A model generated the notes under the pieces. It did not search any database, had not been told where the DNA came from, and saw only the letters and a list, made by a program, of their open reading frames with translations. From the human T2T-CHM13v2.0 reference genome, Homo sapiens, in the NCBI RefSeq assembly GCF_009914755.1, contig NC_060926.1: a DNA stretch of 64,000 nt; one strand, given 5' to 3'. A program made the translations under genes and the position numbers. Positions 59,620 through 64,000 of this stretch are shown in pieces. The stretch's first letter is position 1; each line of letters begins with the position of its first letter.

Positions 59620-60217
59620 TCACTGTTACAGTTTATATAATAATGCATATTTTCCTACACATTTTAATATATATGTGTACTTTTTACCAAAATGAAGACT
59701 TGTTGTAGTGTTTTGTAGTTTTTTTTGTTTTAAGTCAGTTTAGTCATCTAAACTAATATTCAAGGCCATATTCAGATTCTTCCCCAGTTCACCCAAAAAT
59801 GTCCCCTGGCAACTGATTTACCCAAATCATTATCTACATCATATTATGTTTTTCCAGTTATTAAAATTATGAAAAAATAATGTGCTTATTATAGAAAATT
59901 TGGGAAAATGTGGAAAAAAAGTAGAAAGAAAATGGGTGTGCCCATGATGGCAGGAACCCTTCTGTTTTAATGCCTGGCACAAAGTAACACTCAATAAATA
60001 CATGTTAAGAGGGATAATAGAAGAAAAATATCACTGGTCATCATACTACAAAAAGAAAACTGTTAATATTTTGGTTTTCTTCCTGTTTTATTTTTACTGT
60101 GGATATGTGAGCATGTCATACATATACATATGAATCATATTGCGTTGATCTTTCTTTTACTTATTAAATTGTGAGCATTTCTCCATGTTACTAAATTTTC
60201 CTTAAAACATGCTTTTT

Positions 60218-60547
<330 letters not shown>

Positions 60548-61037
60548 TTAATGACTGTGTAGAATGCCATTTTCAAGTTATCTCTGCTATTTCCCACTAA
60601 TGTGGGTTTTCCAGATTTTACCATCATAGAAGAGCATCTTGGTGAAAAAGTTTGTACATAATTCTTTGACCTTATTGTTGATTATTTTCATAGGATCAAA
60701 TCTTAGAAGTAGAGTTATTAAGTCAGAGGGAAAGCCTGTTACTTTCTAAGAGGTTATAATAAAATCACTCCTACCAGCAGTGGTTGGGTCCCCATCTCCC
60801 TTATTTCCTCAGATGATCAGTAATATGCAGTTTTTAAATTACTGGAATTTTTATTTTGAATTTAGGCTTTTCAGCAGTGTGGAATGTTTGCATAATTTAA
60901 AATTTTTGAATGATTTAAACCTGAGATATGCCTTTATTTGATATAAGATTAATCTTGCTTAATGCCATGCTCTTTTTAAGTTAACCTATTCTGTTAGCAA
61001 GCTATTTAAGTATAAAAAAATACAGTACTATCTTCTA

Positions 61038-61312
61038 GAACTATCTTGTCTAATACAGTAGCCACTAGCCAAATGTGTCACTTGAAATGAAACTAGCCCA
61101 AATTAAGATGTGATTTCAGTGTAAAATACACAGCAGATTTTAAAAACTAATGTGAAATATATCAGTAATATTTTACATTGGTCACATGTTAAAATAATAT
61201 TGTGGATACTTTGGGTTAGATAAAATTTCATCTGTTTCTTTTTAAATGTGGCTACTAGAAGATTTTTAATTGCATATATGGCTTAATTGTTGTCAGTTGG
61301 ACAGCCCAGCTC
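61038..61312. mobile_element. MER33/MER3-type hAT element
   Basis: GTAGCCACTAGCC...AATGTGGCTACTAGAA, flanked by TCTAGAA direct repeats. Confidence 0.65.
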
Positions 61313-62468
61313 TAGAAATGACACTTTTTATTTAGAGAAAAAATATAAGATTAACTTAACTCTTATAGAAAGGAATACATAGATTTTTTAAAATTACATA
61401 TTACATTTAAACCTCTCAATATATTTTTCGTAGTATACATGGGTTGCACGGTAATTTTTCAAGTTACAAGTGTTTGATCACAAACTATAACTTACTATGG
61501 TTCTTATGCTCTGAAAGAAATATGTGTAGGAGGACTTGAGGGAGGGTGTTAGGAAACTTACCTGAGGAATTGATCTTTCACCTAAAAATTGAAGGATGTG
61601 TGGGAATGTCTTAGGCACTGGGACTGTAAGTGCAAAGACCCTGTGGCACAAGGGAATGTTAATTATCTACCTTTCAGAAACTGGAAGAAGGCCTAGCCTA
61701 GAGCATTGAAAACAATAAGGGAAAGGAGGAGTAAGGCTGGAGAGAGAGGAATGGTTTAAAGTCTTTGTTAAAAATTTTTTTAAAAAAATCTTTATCACAA
61801 GAAGAGGATTGGCATGATCAAATTTGACTTTTAAAAAGATTACTTGGGTTGGGCATGATCAAATACTACTTAGGGAGATTAGTTTAGATGATAATGGCAT
61901 TCTGGACCAGAGTGGAGTCAGAGGTGAAAAGAGGTAGATATTCCAGAATTGAGGGATTTGTGAGGTGAAATCATTTGTTACAGATATTAAAGGATAAGGA
62001 GCTTTGTCAAAGGGGATCTTAAGTTTCTGGTATGGTAACTGGGTTAGAGAGCCCTGGAACATGACCAGCTTTAAGGGAAGAGAGCTTGAGCTCTGTTCTT
62101 GTTAAGCTCAGTTTGAGATCTTTGTGGAATCAAGTGGAGAGGTCTAAGCAGGGAACTGGCTTGGCTAGGCTGTAAAGATGAATCTGAGAGTCCAAGAATA
62201 TGGTAATTATTAATAAAAGCCTTAGGTAGATGAAATTGTTTTGGGAAAATTGAGTAAGGATGAAACCTAGATAAACTTGTATTACTAATTTGAGTGTGTT
62301 TAATACCTATGGGAAAATTTATTTTGTAGCCCACTTTGTGTAAAAATGAAGGCAAGGAGTAAGATCAAATAAGTTTAAATACATACCGTTTGACATATGT
62401 GTAATTAAGTAGATAATCTTACGTAATGCTTATTTGATTCTTTGGAAACATTTACCTTTTTCCTGCAG

Positions 62469-62865
<397 letters not shown>

Positions 62866-63955
62866 TCTAAGGAAAACTTACATAATTATCTTCATAAATA
62901 TTGAAAAGGCATTTAAAACCCCATTTGTGATTTTTTAACAAAGCAACTTAAAATAAGAATTACTGAATAATTCTGTAAGACAATAAAAACATACACCTCA
63001 ACTCAGAAATCAATATCTTAATTAAGAGTGAATATTAGATTCCTGCCTATCACCATTGTTATGAGACTTGGAAAGGAAAAGGTAAGTCTACCCCGATTTG
63101 CTAGTGATGTGATGGTATACTATATAACCACCAAGAGCTTTTGTTTATGTAAATAATGCTTGCCAGTTAGGGTGGAAGTGAAGACTACCATTTACATGAG
63201 CAGAAAAAGGTAAAATACCTAACAATAAACTTAATAAATATGAAAATTCTATATTGCTAACAGATTCAATTTTTATGTTATATAAAATTAACAATTCTGT
63301 ATTTAGGTAATAAAAGTGATCCTTCCTAAGTGATTAATGAATTATTTACCACTTGTTATTCTTTAAATCATTCTAAGTGACATGTGATACTTTTCAAAGC
63401 AAAACTCCTAGGAGTAGGATTTTTAATATTTTCTTACATTTTAGTGAGGCCACAGTTTTTTAAATGGTTGAAATGAATAGTGTTTCTGCCTTAGCCACCC
63501 TCCCAAGTGAGGTTTTTGGTGTTTTCTTCTTGGTGATTGCTTAAGTTTTGTAGTATTTTCAGTTTTGCTGTGGTTTATCATCTCTCATCTTGTTTATTAT
63601 GTGGATGCAAAAATGTTGACCTGGAGTATTTGCAGCTAAAATACTTCTGCTACAGTGACACTCAAAATCTGAAGCATTGATTTATTTTCTTAAGGCTTTT
63701 GTTTTTAGTGGCTATTTATAAAAAGCAATGAACTTATTAAGAGATAATTTAACTCTTTTTACACTGAACTCTTTTTATACTTTTTACTATTTTTTGATAA
63801 TATCTTCATTCAAAAAAAAATTACTAAGAGTTTCAGATATCAAAAATTCATATTTTCTCTCGCCTGAAGCCCAAACAGAATATTTGAGTATTCATCACTT
63901 CTTACTTATAGTTAAGTTACCAAGTTACCACTTCCTCTTCTTTTCCATATTTCAG

Positions 63956-64000
63956 ATTCTGTGCCAGCGGATGATAGTTTTCTGTCTCATTAGGTTTCAT
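63956..64000 (+). other. Start of a downstream exon (truncated by the window edge)
   Basis: Long polypyrimidine tract CTTCCTCTTCTTTTCCATATTTCAG| ending at 63955. An alternative AG lies at 63992-63993. Confidence 0.55.

Overview
Primate genomic DNA, almost certainly human: about 22 Alu/FLAM copies and a full-length SVA with young-subfamily features. Positions 1-53,400 are repeat-rich intergenic sequence (Alu, MIR, L2, old L1, MaLR/ERV solo LTRs, hAT MERs, one SVA, one probable 3'UTR retrocopy). A CpG-island promoter at ~53.4-54.5 kb (YY1, NRF1 and ETS-CRE motifs, plus a CTCF motif upstream) starts a + strand gene. Its first exon, ~10 kb first intron and the start of a downstream exon fill the rest of the window. 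I could not name this gene. No long protein-coding exon is visible; the long ORFs in the track come from Alu, SVA or GC-rich sequence. Most interesting observations: (1) a 5' leader with several uORFs, including an AUG-initiated uORF that reads a GGA/GGC repeat as polyglycine; (2) an unexplained fold-back with 202-bp arms at 35.0-35.6 kb; (3) several local templated copy-insertions (5.0/6.6 kb inverted; 15.0/16.3, 45.3/46.7, 36.5/39.3 and 4.6/50.6 kb direct). Repeat family names come from recognition by eye, not from a database search, and old-repeat boundaries are approximate.
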